A stretch of DNA of 61,975 bases from Actinomycetes bacterium (GCA_021851885.1 JAJZBS010000004.1:1-61975), one strand, 5' to 3'; shown: positions 1-13,654, numbered from the stretch's first letter. Notes: generated by a model not told the origin, from the letters alone. Program-made: numbers and translations.

Positions 1-179
1 AATCGGTGAAGGTCACCGGCGTGTTCTCCTTTTCGTGCTCTGGCTAGGAACACGCCAAGGTTCACGCCGGTGACCACCCAGATGGTGGATGCCGGATCCG
101 ATTTACACCACGTCAGGGGACTCGATCGGTCAGAGCGTTTTGCGCCGTCGGGCGCCGTCCAGAAAGTGGGCCCCTGGCT
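1..179 (-). mobile_element. End of an unidentified insertion (IS, integrative element or intron) in tRNA-Ile; continues beyond the window
   Basis: Non-tRNA sequence abuts the anticodon loop and carries several inverted repeats (11-23/63-75, 1-6/98-103, 114-119/171-176). No ORF or second end visible. Confidence 0.55.
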
Positions 180-220
180 CATTATCAGTGCTGCGCTCTA
201 ACCGACTGAGCTATAGCCCC
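180..220 (-). tRNA. 5' half of tRNA-Ile(GAU), interrupted just 3' of the anticodon loop
   Basis: Minus strand reads GGGGCTA-TA-GCTC-AGTCGGTTA-GAGC-G-CAGCA-CT-GAT-AA-TG: acceptor 5' strand, D arm, anticodon 5' stem and GAT loop. The expected TGCTG 3' stem becomes TGAGC and no T arm follows. Position after gyrA is the usual actinobacterial tRNA-Ile site. Confidence 0.9.
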
Positions 221-228
221 GCGAGGCT

Positions 229-240
229 TTTACGCTACAC
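229..240 (-). promoter_or_regulatory. Putative extended -10 promoter of tRNA-Ile
   Basis: Minus strand GTGTAGCGT (TG-n-TANNNT; TAGCGT at 232-237) about 11 nt upstream of tRNA G1. Confidence 0.5.
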
Positions 241-318
241 CGTCATACGGGCCGCCTTACCGGGACTCGACGAGGCCGGCAGGCGTCCGAATTGCCGTCC
301 GTGTCGCTAGATACGGCG

Positions 319-4828
<4,510 letters not shown>

Positions 4829-4952
4829 TCAACCGGATCGGATTGGCACGTCACACGGGGCCCTGCCGACCGGGGCTGCGGTGTCCCGCCATCCCTACTC
4901 CCGACGGCCACGCCACCGTGTTCCTTGCCGGGCAGTCTACCAACGGGGTCTT

Positions 4953-5366
4953 TCACAGCCGGCGTTTCGGGGGATTGCCGGGGGATGCCTGTTGCGGGGG
5001 CGGTGGGTCCTGCCTGCGGGGACCGGCACCACCGGGGGGCACCCGCCGGCCCGCGCGCACCTCGATCCCGGTGACGGACTGTGCTCCGTCGATCTGGTGG
5101 AGACCGCCCAGGATCTGCGTTGTCAACAGGCGCATCTGGGTGGCCCATGCGGGGTCGTCCACACGCACGACCAGGCGGGGTCCGTCCAGGGCAACGGGCA
5201 CACAACGCTGAGCGACGTCGTCGCCGACGACGTCGGGCCATTTGGCTGTGATCATGGCCAGTACGGAGGCGCTCTCGCCCCCGGCACGCTTGAGGGCGGC
5301 GTCGAGGATCTCCTTGACGCGGCGGGGGTCCCTCCCACCGCCGTCTGCGAGCGGCCTCCAGGTCAT
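4953..5366 (-). CDS. dciA: DciA (DUF721) helicase-operating protein
   Basis: WPDVVG..VAQRCVPV.L..PRLVVRVDDPAWATQMRLL pattern; canonical position between recF and gyrB. Confidence 0.85.
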   Translation of the reverse strand: MTWRPLADGGGRDPRRVKEILDAALKRAGGESASVLAMITAKWPDVVGDDVAQRCVPVALDGPRLVVRVDDPAWATQMRLLTTQILGGLHQIDGAQSVTGIEVRAGRRVPPGGAGPRRQDPPPPQQASPGNPPKRRL

Positions 5367-6445
5367 CGGGCCCGTTCCAGCTCACCGGCGGCGACTGTGA
5401 AGTAGCGAGCGACAGCGACGGCCGGTGGCAACTGTGTCGCGGTTGTCAGGACGGCCTGACCAGGGGGGATCTGGCCGACGAGTCGAGAGGACCGCCCTGG
5501 ATCGAGGTCGGAGAAGACGTCGTCAAGCAGGAGCAACGGCGCCTGCTTGCGGACCGAGGTCACGATCTCGTGACCACCGAGGCGCAGAGCGAAGGCGAGG
5601 CTGCGCTGTTCGCCGCGCGAGGCGTGCGTTCGTGCTGCCATCCCGCCGATCGCCAGGGCTACGTCGTCGCGGTGCGGTCCGACTCCCGTCGTGCCCCGGC
5701 GCAGGTCCTCGGCTCGTGTGGCCCCCAGTGCCCCCAGAAGGGAGTCACCCCAGGAGCAACAGTACGTGGCGGAGATGGTGTGGCCGTTGCCCGCCAGGAC
5801 ACAGTAGGCGTGGGCGACCACCGGCTTCACTTCTTCCACAAAGGCGCGGCGGCGGCGCACGAGCTCGGTACCGTACTGATCGAGCTGGGCATCCCAGACG
5901 TCGAGGGTCGCAGCCGCCGGGGCGTCCAGGTGGCCCCCCGCCTGCTGGAGGAGAACGGCCCTCTGGCGCAAGACACGGTCGACCTTGCGGCGAAGGTCCC
6001 CGTGGCGAACGTCGAAGCTCGCGATCGTCTCGTCGAGAAAGGCGCGTCGCCCCTCTGGTCCGCCGGCAACCAGGTCGGCGTCGTCGGGAGTCATGACGGT
6101 GACCCCGACCAGGCGCGACAGCTCTCCTGGCTCCCGGATGGGTTTCCCGTTGAGGAGGATCTTCTCCCGGCCCCGTTCGGGGATCTCGGCGTCGACCCGA
6201 GCTGTGCGCGCGCCGTCCTCGAGATCCCCCGCCAGGGCTGCGGAGCTACGCCCGGTTCGCACCATGGCTGCGCGCTGCGCGCCGCGGAACGACCCGCGGC
6301 TCGCAAGGTACCCGATCCCTTCGAGGAGATTGGACTTGCCGGCACCGTTGACGCCGGCCAAGACGGTGATCCCGGTCGCCTCGAGCTCCAAATGCGCACT
6401 GCCGATATTACGAAAGTCGCGATACGAGACGGAAACAACCCGCAT
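5363..6445 (-). CDS. recF: DNA replication/repair protein RecF
   Basis: FRN motif, Walker A GVNGAGKSNLLE, GPHRDD, SRGEQRS, LLDDVFSDLD. Confidence 0.97.
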   Translation of the reverse strand: MRVVSVSYRDFRNIGSAHLELEATGITVLAGVNGAGKSNLLEGIGYLASRGSFRGAQRAAMVRTGRSSAALAGDLEDGARTARVDAEIPERGREKILLNGKPIREPGELSRLVGVTVMTPDDADLVAGGPEGRRAFLDETIASFDVRHGDLRRKVDRVLRQRAVLLQQAGGHLDAPAAATLDVWDAQLDQYGTELVRRRRAFVEEVKPVVAHAYCVLAGNGHTISATYCCSWGDSLLGALGATRAEDLRRGTTGVGPHRDDVALAIGGMAARTHASRGEQRSLAFALRLGGHEIVTSVRKQAPLLLLDDVFSDLDPGRSSRLVGQIPPGQAVLTTATQLPPAVAVARYFTVAAGELERAR

Positions 6446-6477
6446 CTAGGGAAACGTTCTGGGCGCTCGGGCCTCTC

Positions 6478-7599
6478 TCACGAAACTCGGACGGGCATGA
6501 GCAGGTATTGGAAGTCTGTCCGGTCGGGTGCGCGAATCGTTGCGGGCTTTGTCGTGTCGACGGTCTCGATGACGACATCGTCGCCGACAACCCCTTCAAT
6601 CCCATCGAGCAGGTAGGCGGGATTGAAGGCGATCGTCAGCGGGTTTCCCTCGTATGCGGCGTCGAGATCCTCGTGTGCAGATCCGAGATCGTGTGAGATC
6701 ACGGACAGGGAAGTCCCTTCGCGCTCCATCGCCATTCGGACAGGGGTCGTCGCGTCACGCAGGAGAAGCCGGACTCTCCGCAGGGAGGAGACGAGGGTCT
6801 CCTTGTCGATCTGCAGCCTGTTCGGGTAAGAGGCGGGGATCAGCTGGCTGTAGTCCGGGAAGGTGCCGTCGAGCAAGCGCGTGACAAGGCGCGTCGTCCC
6901 GACCGTGAAGGACGCGTCGTGCTCGCCCACGGTGACGACGACGGCCGCTTCACCGTTGTGATCCGGCGCCGCCGCTGAGGTGATGATCCGTTGTAGCTCC
7001 ACGAGCGCGCGGGCGGGAACCAGGATCATCTTGTCGTCCGTCATGCCCTTCAGTCCTGGGACATCGCGCAGGGCAAGACGGTAGGAGTCTGTTGCCACCG
7101 CGCGGATTCCGCCTTCGTAGGGGCCGAGGAGGACACCGGTCAGCAACGGGCGCGCGTCGTCGCTCGATGCGGCGCGCACGACCTGGTTGATCGCGCCGGC
7201 CAGCTCCGCTGCGGCGACAGTCGTCCCCTGCTGGGGTGTCGGTGGTTGAACGGGGAAGTCTGTGTGGACGATCGTGCGGATCAAGAACTGAGCCCGCGAC
7301 CCGACAATCTCGATGTCTTCGTCTTTCTGGTCGACACGCAGCATGCCCGGCTCGAGAGACCGCGTGATGTCGACGAACAGACGAGAGGGAACGAGGACGG
7401 TGCCGTCGGCGGCGTCGCCCACGGCGCATGTCGCCTCAATCGTGAGATCGAGGTCGGTCCCCGTCACATGCAAGGACTCGCCGCGCACCTCCAGGCGGAT
7501 ACCGCCAAGTGCGGGGGAGCCGAGGCCGCGGGTACTGACTGCTCGAGCTGCCGCGCCCGCGGTCTCCACGAGGATGTCCCGGTCACATCGAAATCGCAC
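6478..7599 (-). CDS. dnaN: DNA polymerase III beta clamp
   Basis: GTDLDL, ATDSYRLA, TRLLDGTFPDY, AFNPAYLLDG, YLLMPVR; downstream of dnaA. Confidence 0.97.
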   Translation of the reverse strand: MRFRCDRDILVETAGAAARAVSTRGLGSPALGGIRLEVRGESLHVTGTDLDLTIEATCAVGDAADGTVLVPSRLFVDITRSLEPGMLRVDQKDEDIEIVGSRAQFLIRTIVHTDFPVQPPTPQQGTTVAAAELAGAINQVVRAASSDDARPLLTGVLLGPYEGGIRAVATDSYRLALRDVPGLKGMTDDKMILVPARALVELQRIITSAAAPDHNGEAAVVVTVGEHDASFTVGTTRLVTRLLDGTFPDYSQLIPASYPNRLQIDKETLVSSLRRVRLLLRDATTPVRMAMEREGTSLSVISHDLGSAHEDLDAAYEGNPLTIAFNPAYLLDGIEGVVGDDVVIETVDTTKPATIRAPDRTDFQYLLMPVRVS

Positions 7600-7950
7600 T
7601 GTTGTCTCCCTCAGGATGTGGTGCCCGAACTACTGAGCTCTGGGGTATGGAAAAAGGAGTGGTAGTAGTAGGGCTGTGGATTGAGGATAACGTGAAGAAT
7701 GCCAGCGCAGGGGTGTTGTTTTGTCCACACTCCATACACAGGGCCACGCATGGTCCACCGTGGGCGGAGCGGTGTGAGCCCGATCTGTGGATCGACAGGG
7801 GCTTAGCCACAGGCATGCCGGCCGTCGTCCCCAGACTGTCACCAAGGGCGAGGGATATCCGCCAGACGGCGGCTTGGCGCGGGGGCACCCAGGTGGGGAG
7901 GTTGACGGGAACGGCGGTGCGGACTGTTGGTCTCAGGAGGTCGGTGGGGG
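7600..7950. other. oriC, dnaA-dnaN intergenic part with DnaA boxes and DnaA-trios
   Basis: TTGTCCACA 7721-7729; minus-strand TTATCCTCA (7682-7690) overlapping CAATCCACA (7675-7683), then GCCC-TAC-TAC-TAC-CAC (7659-7674); further degenerate boxes near 7786 and 7803. Confidence 0.9.
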
Positions 7951-9378
7951 TCATGCGCTGCGCTTGATGCGGATGATCAGGTTGGTGACCTGATCGTAGA
8001 TTTGGCGTTTCTGACCCATGAGTTCCTGAATCTTCTTGACCGCGTGGATGACGGTCGTATGGTCACGCCCTCCGAACTCCCGGGCGATCGCCGGGTAGCT
8101 GTACTGGGTCAGGTCCTTAAAGACGTACATCGCGATCTGGCGAGCCGTGACGAGGGGACGGCGGCGGCTTGGCCCGCAGATCTCGTCGATCGTGAACCCG
8201 AACTCGGCAGCGGTCTGTTCCAGGATGAGGCGGGGGGTGACCCGGCGTTCCTGGTGACTTGTGACGATGTCGGAGAGGACGTGCTCGACCAGGGACAAGT
8301 CAACGGGCTGGTGGTTGAGGCTGGCGAAGGCACGGACCCGGATGAGGGCGCCTTCGAGCTCGCGGATGTTGTCGGTGACGTTCTTGGCGATGAACTCCAA
8401 TGCGTCGTCGGGGATGGCAGCGTTGTCCGCCTTCATCCGCAAGATGGCGAGCCGGGTCTCGAGCTCCGGGGGTTTCACGTCGATGAGCAGGCCTGCCATG
8501 AAGCGGCTCCGGAGACGGTCCTCGATCGTCGAGAACGAGCGAGGCGGGCGGTCCGAGGTCAGCACGATCTGGCGGGCGGCCCCGTGGAGGGCATTGAACG
8601 TATAGAAGAACTCTTCATGGAACTTGCCCGTGTTGCTCTCCATGAACTGGACGTCGTCGACGAGCAGAACGTCGCACTCGCGGTAGCGGCGCTTGAAATC
8701 GAGTGTGGTCTTCGTCCGGATCGCGTCGACGAAATCGTTGAGGAGGGTCTCCATCGATGCGTACTCGACCTGGCTCCCCGCGGAGATCTCCTGGATGTAG
8801 TTACCGATGGCATGGAGGAGATGTGTCTTGCCCAGCCCGACCCCTCCGTGGATGAACAGCGGGTTGTAGGAGTGCCCTGGGGACTCGGCGACGGCGAGAG
8901 ACGCCGCGTGGGCGAAGCGGTTCGATGCGCCGACGATAAAAGCGTCGAAGGTGTACCGAGGGTCGAGCGTCGTCCTGGTGCGCAGGCCGGGGTGGGTGCC
9001 GTTGACGACCTTCCGACTCCGGGCCGCAGGGGTCAGGGTGTGGAGATCTTGGCCGGCGTCCTGTTGCTCGAAGCCGGACGGGAGCACGACGGGGTCGTCG
9101 AACAACCCGGCGCCCGCCGAGGATGGGTCGGCCAGGTCGATCGTGACTGCGAGGTGTTTGCCGGCGGTCATCGCGACCGCCTCCTCGAGAAGAGGCAGGT
9201 AGCGGGTTTCCACCCGTTCTTTGACCACGGTGCTCGGGGCGGAAAGGGTGAGGGACTGGTTCGTGAGGCTGGTCGGCACCAGAGCTTCGAGCCAGGTCCG
9301 CCACGCCGACTCCGACACCTGTTCGCGCAGAGCTGTCGTGCACTGTATCCACAGCTGGCCTAGCTCGTTCACCTGCAT
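7951..9378 (-). CDS. dnaA: Chromosomal replication initiator DnaA
   Basis: [60 protein letters not shown]. Confidence 0.99.
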   Translation of the reverse strand: MQVNELGQLWIQCTTALREQVSESAWRTWLEALVPTSLTNQSLTLSAPSTVVKERVETRYLPLLEEAVAMTAGKHLAVTIDLADPSSAGAGLFDDPVVLPSGFEQQDAGQDLHTLTPAARSRKVVNGTHPGLRTRTTLDPRYTFDAFIVGASNRFAHAASLAVAESPGHSYNPLFIHGGVGLGKTHLLHAIGNYIQEISAGSQVEYASMETLLNDFVDAIRTKTTLDFKRRYRECDVLLVDDVQFMESNTGKFHEEFFYTFNALHGAARQIVLTSDRPPRSFSTIEDRLRSRFMAGLLIDVKPPELETRLAILRMKADNAAIPDDALEFIAKNVTDNIRELEGALIRVRAFASLNHQPVDLSLVEHVLSDIVTSHQERRVTPRLILEQTAAEFGFTIDEICGPSRRRPLVTARQIAMYVFKDLTQYSYPAIAREFGGRDHTTVIHAVKKIQELMGQKRQIYDQVTNLIIRIKRSA

Positions 9379-9399
9379 TTCCGCCCCCTATTCGCCCCG

Positions 9400-9432
9400 T
9401 TGTCCACAGAGCAGTCCACACGCTGTGGATTT
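9400..9432. promoter_or_regulatory. DnaA-box cluster upstream of dnaA
   Basis: TTGTCCACA 9400-9408, CAGTCCACA 9412-9420, TGTGGATTT 9424-9432. Confidence 0.8.
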
Positions 9433-9688
9433 TCGTACCTCGTCGGCCGCTCCGAGTCTGCCGATGACGGCCCCGGGGAAGAGGGACCGGATGCACGGTT
9501 TGTTCCGGTCACAGTGACCGCTGCAACCTACACCGCCCCCGTCGGGATTTCGAACGGTCAAGCGCAGTGGGCCGATGCGGGCCGGCCGCTCGCTCGCGGC
9601 GGCGCGCGCCCGGTAGGGTAGACGGACCGGTTGGCGGGCAGGTGGGCCGGCTGTGGAGCGCGCGAGGCGAGACCGGCGAGGAGAGAAC

Positions 9689-9823
9689 GTGAAGAGGACC
9701 TATCAGCCGAACACCCGCAGACGGGCCAAGAACCACGGCTTCCGGCAGCGCATGTCGACGAGGGCAGGGCGCAGCATCATCTCTGCACGCCGGCGTAAGG
9801 GACGCGCCCGCCTCTCCGGGTGA
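9689..9823 (+). CDS. rpmH: 50S ribosomal protein L34 (not in ORF track)
   Basis: GTG start; [44 protein letters not shown]. Confidence 0.98.
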   Translation: MKRTYQPNTRRRAKNHGFRQRMSTRAGRSIISARRRKGRARLSG

Positions 9824-9824
9824 C

Positions 9825-10169
9825 ATGAGCGGCCGTGCGCGGTCCGTCACCGATCGCGCGACGTTCGCCTCGCTCCGATCCTCCCGTCACCGGGGCCGCT
9901 CGGGCCCGCTCGGCGTCGCCTACGTCCCCGGTGGTTCGTCAGATGCGCCACGCGTCGCCTACGCTGTTGGGCGCTGGGTCGGGAATGCCGTGGCCCGCAA
10001 TCGCGTCCGTCGTCGCCTCCGAGCTGCGGTTGAGACCATGGCCGGCAACCTCCCCGCCGGCGCATACCTCATCACGGCAGGTGCCGACGCTTGCGACCTC
10101 CCTTTCGATCAGTTGAGAGCACAGTTATGGAAGGCAATCCAGACGGCGACAGGCACGAACCCGGGGTGA
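9825..10169 (+). CDS. rnpA: RNase P protein component
   Basis: [24 protein letters not shown] motif; follows rpmH. Confidence 0.93.
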   Translation: MSGRARSVTDRATFASLRSSRHRGRSGPLGVAYVPGGSSDAPRVAYAVGRWVGNAVARNRVRRRLRAAVETMAGNLPAGAYLITAGADACDLPFDQLRAQLWKAIQTATGTNPG

Positions 10170-10444
10170 GACCCCTGGCTCGGTTACTGCTCCGCCTGGT
10201 ATCGGTGTACAGAGCCGCCCGGGCAGGGCGCCCTTCCCAGTGCCGCTACGTCCCGAGCTGCTCAGCGTACGCCGCCGAGGCCATAGGCACCCACGGTGCC
10301 GGTCGGGGTCTGTGGCTGGCTGCCCGCCGTATCGCACGGTGTAACCCCTTTGGGGGGCACGGCTTCGATCCGGTTCCTCCCCCGCGCCACGAGGCGGGGC
10401 AGCGCCACCCCGGCGTTGCCGGAGCGCAAGGGCTCCACCGATGA
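10166..10444 (+). CDS. yidD: Membrane protein insertion efficiency factor YidD
   Basis: [38 protein letters not shown]; GTG overlaps rnpA TGA. Confidence 0.92.
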   Translation: MRPLARLLLRLVSVYRAARAGRPSQCRYVPSCSAYAAEAIGTHGAGRGLWLAARRIARCNPFGGHGFDPVPPPRHEAGQRHPGVAGAQGLHR

Positions 10445-11634
10445 CTCTTCTTGCGGCCGCAAAGGCAAGCTCGCCGGGCATCTCCGTTCTCTATGAATGG
10501 CTTTTTCGGCTTTTCGCAACGATTCTTGCATTTTTTTATGCACTCATTCCTAACTATGCAATAGCGATCGCCCTCCTGACTCTTGCCGTCATGCTGATCA
10601 TGACGCCGCTGACCATCAAGGGGACACGCCAGATGGTCGCCATGCAGCGTTTGCAGCCGGAAATGCAGAAGCTGCGGACAAAGTACAAGGACGACCGCCA
10701 GCGCATGAACGAAGAGATCATGGCGCTGTACAAAGAACAGGGCGTCCCGATGACGGGCGGGTGCATCACCCAGCTCCTGCAGTGGCCGGCATTCCTCGTT
10801 CTCTACCAGGTGATCCGGGGTCTGACCAACATGACCCCAGGAAAGCACCCCGTCCCCAACCCCCGGTACGTCGCGACGTCCACCCGCCTCTACCACGACC
10901 TTGTCCACGCCAACGGCCACCTGGTCTCGTTCGGTATGGACCTGTCAAAGTCGGCGACGAGCCATCACTCTTCGACATTGGCGGCCCTTCCCTATTGGGG
11001 GATACTCGGCGTCACAGTCCTGCTTGGATACCTGCAGATGCAACAGATCAACAAGCGGAATCCTGCTGTTGGCAAGATGGCGTCTCAGATGCAGAGCATG
11101 CAGAAAATAATGCCGCTAATGTTCGGTGCTATTTATATTGTTCTGCCCGCTCTCCTCAATGTCTATTTTGTCGTGTCAAGCCTCTACCGAATCATGGTCC
11201 AGGAGTTGATGTTCCGGTACGACCCGGTCTTGTCGTACTCCCCCATGGGCGAGCGCGCCCGCAGGGACGCAGCCGCTGCGGAAGCCGGGAAGCCGCTGAA
11301 GGCTCCAGATGGGGTTGCCGCGACGAAGGAGAGTCCCTTCAGGCGCGTGACGTCTCTCCTCAAGCCGCCGGAGCTCGGCGCGGGCCCTCAAAAGGAGGCG
11401 GGGACGAACGGCTCGGCCGGCAAGGCAGCCCCGGGCGCCAGAGAAGGCCGTGAGACCCCCGGCACGACCGGGTCGGCAAGGGCTGATGGTGGACGCCCCG
11501 CCCAGAGTCGCCCACGCCGTGCTAGCGGGCGAAAGCCCGAACAGAAAAAGGCGGCGCCGGACGAGGACACGCCATCTGCCGAAGCACGACCTCATCCGCG
11601 CGCCCAAGGAAAACGCCCGAGGAGGCCGCGTTAG
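10441..11634 (+). CDS. yidC: Membrane protein insertase YidC with long C-terminal tail
   Basis: [36 protein letters not shown]; transmembrane segments; synteny. Confidence 0.93.
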   Translation: MTLLAAAKASSPGISVLYEWLFRLFATILAFFYALIPNYAIAIALLTLAVMLIMTPLTIKGTRQMVAMQRLQPEMQKLRTKYKDDRQRMNEEIMALYKEQGVPMTGGCITQLLQWPAFLVLYQVIRGLTNMTPGKHPVPNPRYVATSTRLYHDLVHANGHLVSFGMDLSKSATSHHSSTLAALPYWGILGVTVLLGYLQMQQINKRNPAVGKMASQMQSMQKIMPLMFGAIYIVLPALLNVYFVVSSLYRIMVQELMFRYDPVLSYSPMGERARRDAAAAEAGKPLKAPDGVAATKESPFRRVTSLLKPPELGAGPQKEAGTNGSAGKAAPGAREGRETPGTTGSARADGGRPAQSRPRRASGRKPEQKKAAPDEDTPSAEARPHPRAQGKRPRRPR

Positions 11635-11636
11635 GC

Positions 11637-12818
11637 ATGGAGTGGGTTGTCACTACGGGGAAGACCGTCGACGAAGCGCGTGAGGCCGCACTGGACACGC
11701 TCGGTGTCGACAAGTCCGATGCCGAGTTTGAAGTTCTCGAGGAGCCCCGACCGGGTTGGTTCGGCCGGACGAAAGGCGAGGCCCGGGTCCGGGCCCGGGT
11801 CCGGTTGGCGGCTCCGCCCCCCAAACGCCCGACCCGGCCGCGCGAGCGCGGGGCAAAGCGCGGTACCAGTCGCGGGCGGGGGTCAAACGGGGCCCGGCGG
11901 CCGTCAGGACGGGAGAAGCCGACCGGCGCGCCGCCTGGAGGCGAACCCTCAGGGTCTGCCGGAGGTGGCGAGGAAACCGCACGTCAAGCCGGCGCCGGCG
12001 ACGCGCCGCGGTCTGCGCAGGGGCGCCAGCCGAGCCGACGGGGCTCGACGGGAAGACGCCCGCGCAGCTCCGAGGGATCGAAAGGCTCGACCGCACAGGA
12101 CGGGTCGCAAGAACCGGAGCCCGCGCGCCCGCAGCGACGGGAGCCCGTGCAGGGCGCCGATGCCGCCGAGCCAAACGGCGGAGAGGCGGTGCAAGGGGAC
12201 CGCACGCGCCGCGGGGGTCGCGGTGCCGGACAGCAGAGGTCTCCACAGTCGCGAGGGCGCGATCGAGCAGCGGCGGGCGCGAGCAGCGACGGTACAACTG
12301 GAACGAGGGACGAAGACAAGGAGGGCCCGATGGCTCCAACACTGACCGTGGACGAAGAGGCGACTGAAGCACGGAACTTCCTGACAGGCCTGCTCGAGGA
12401 GTTCGGCCTGACTGGAACGGTGACGACGACGATCGCCGACGAAGAGACCATCGAGATCGCCGTGGACGGCCCCGAGCTGGGGCTCCTGATTGGCCCTCGA
12501 GGAGCCACCTTGTCGGCTCTGCACGAGATCGTTCGCGCGGTTCTCCGGACGCGCAGCGAAGGAGACAGCAGAAGGATTCGTGTCGACGTGGCCGGCTACA
12601 GGGCTCGCCGTGCCGAGGCGCTTGCTCGCTTCATCACCGGGGTCGCCAACACCGTGGTCGAGACCGGCCAGGAGCAAGTCCTCGATCCGATGCCGGCCAA
12701 CGACCGTAAGGTCGTCCACGACGCTGCGAAGACAGTCCCCGGGGTCGCAACGCGTTCCGAGGGTGAAGAGCCACGGCGCTACGTCGTCATTTACCCGGCG
12801 GAGGGCGAGCTCAACTGA
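11637..12818 (+). CDS. jag: Jag/EloR/KhpB RNA-binding protein (Jag_N-KH-R3H)
   Basis: TTGKTVDEA..AAL..LG (Jag_N), GLLIGPRGATL (KH), MPANDRKVVHD..SEGEEP.R (R3H); long disordered linker. Confidence 0.93.
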   Translation: MEWVVTTGKTVDEAREAALDTLGVDKSDAEFEVLEEPRPGWFGRTKGEARVRARVRLAAPPPKRPTRPRERGAKRGTSRGRGSNGARRPSGREKPTGAPPGGEPSGSAGGGEETARQAGAGDAPRSAQGRQPSRRGSTGRRPRSSEGSKGSTAQDGSQEPEPARPQRREPVQGADAAEPNGGEAVQGDRTRRGGRGAGQQRSPQSRGRDRAAAGASSDGTTGTRDEDKEGPMAPTLTVDEEATEARNFLTGLLEEFGLTGTVTTTIADEETIEIAVDGPELGLLIGPRGATLSALHEIVRAVLRTRSEGDSRRIRVDVAGYRARRAEALARFITGVANTVVETGQEQVLDPMPANDRKVVHDAAKTVPGVATRSEGEEPRRYVVIYPAEGELN

Positions 12819-13654
12819 TCCAGGGACCCGTCCGGGCAGCCCTCATCTCGGCCCTCGCGCAGGGCAGGGAGCTCGGTCTTCTTGGGCCCGGACCGGTCGA
12901 GGACCACCTCAAGCACGCCTACGGGTTTACCCAGGTCCTGGGCGACCTCGACCCTCTCCCTCGCCGCTTCCTGGATCTCGGCAGCGGGGGCGGGCTCCCC
13001 GGCCTGGTCATAGCCGCGGCGCTGCCCGAGATCGAGGGAGTGCTGCTCGAGGCCGGGTCCCGGCGGGTCGAACACCTGGAGCGTTCGATCGCCCTTGTCG
13101 GCCTGGGCGGGAGAGTAACCATCGCCCACGGCCGAGCGGAGGAGATCGGATCCAACTCCCCCCTGCGAGGAGCTGTCGACGTCGTCGTCGCCCGCTCCTT
13201 CGGTCGGCCGTCGGTCACAGCCGAGTGTGCAGCACCACTTCTCCGTATCGGGGGCTATCTCGTCGTGTCGGAACCGCCCCGCCCCGCGCCCCCCCATCGC
13301 CTGCCTGCATCTCCTCCGGCGTTCGAACCATCGACCTCTCGCACTCCCCCACCACAGCCGAGCCCGTCTCGGCATTCCAGCCCGCTTCGAGGTGACGCCT
13401 GCCCATCGGCGCAGGAAGAGCCCCGTCAGGTGACCAAGATGGAAATGGCCGCAGGCGGACGTGCAGGCGAGACCACCGCGAGAGCGCCGTCAAGCGAACG
13501 TTGGCCGCCCGGGCCTTTGGCCGACCTCGGGCTCGAGTCGACGGCGACGGTCACCGCTGAGGGATTCACCTACCAGGTTCTGTGCCAGGTGCGGTTATGC
13601 CCCGAACGCTTCCCACGCCGTGTCGGGGTCCCTTCCCGCCGCCCCCTTTTCTGA
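12815..13654 (+). CDS. rsmG: 16S rRNA m7G527 methyltransferase; start uncertain (probably CTG at 12815)
   Basis: DLGSGGGLPGL lies in frame upstream of the ORF-track GTG at 13040; GRAEE, VVARSFG, PERFPRR.G. The frame has no ATG/GTG/TTG between the stop at 12764 and 13040. Confidence 0.88.
   Translation: MIQGPVRAALISALAQGRELGLLGPGPVEDHLKHAYGFTQVLGDLDPLPRRFLDLGSGGGLPGLVIAAALPEIEGVLLEAGSRRVEHLERSIALVGLGGRVTIAHGRAEEIGSNSPLRGAVDVVVARSFGRPSVTAECAAPLLRIGGYLVVSEPPRPAPPHRLPASPPAFEPSTSRTPPPQPSPSRHSSPLRGDACPSAQEEPRQVTKMEMAAGGRAGETTARAPSSERWPPGPLADLGLESTATVTAEGFTYQVLCQVRLCPERFPRRVGVPSRRPLF

Noticed and set aside
160-181. Firm call of a group II intron
   Set aside because: No GUGYG boundary (reads UGAGC or GAGCC) and domain V is not visible.
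1-186. Firm call of a group I intron in tRNA-Ile
   Set aside because: AAUGAGCC resembles tRNA-intron starts, but no P1 with a U-G pair can form with exon ends GAU or ACU, and the J4/5 adenosines are missing. P7 would lie outside the window. Kept only as a weak alternative.
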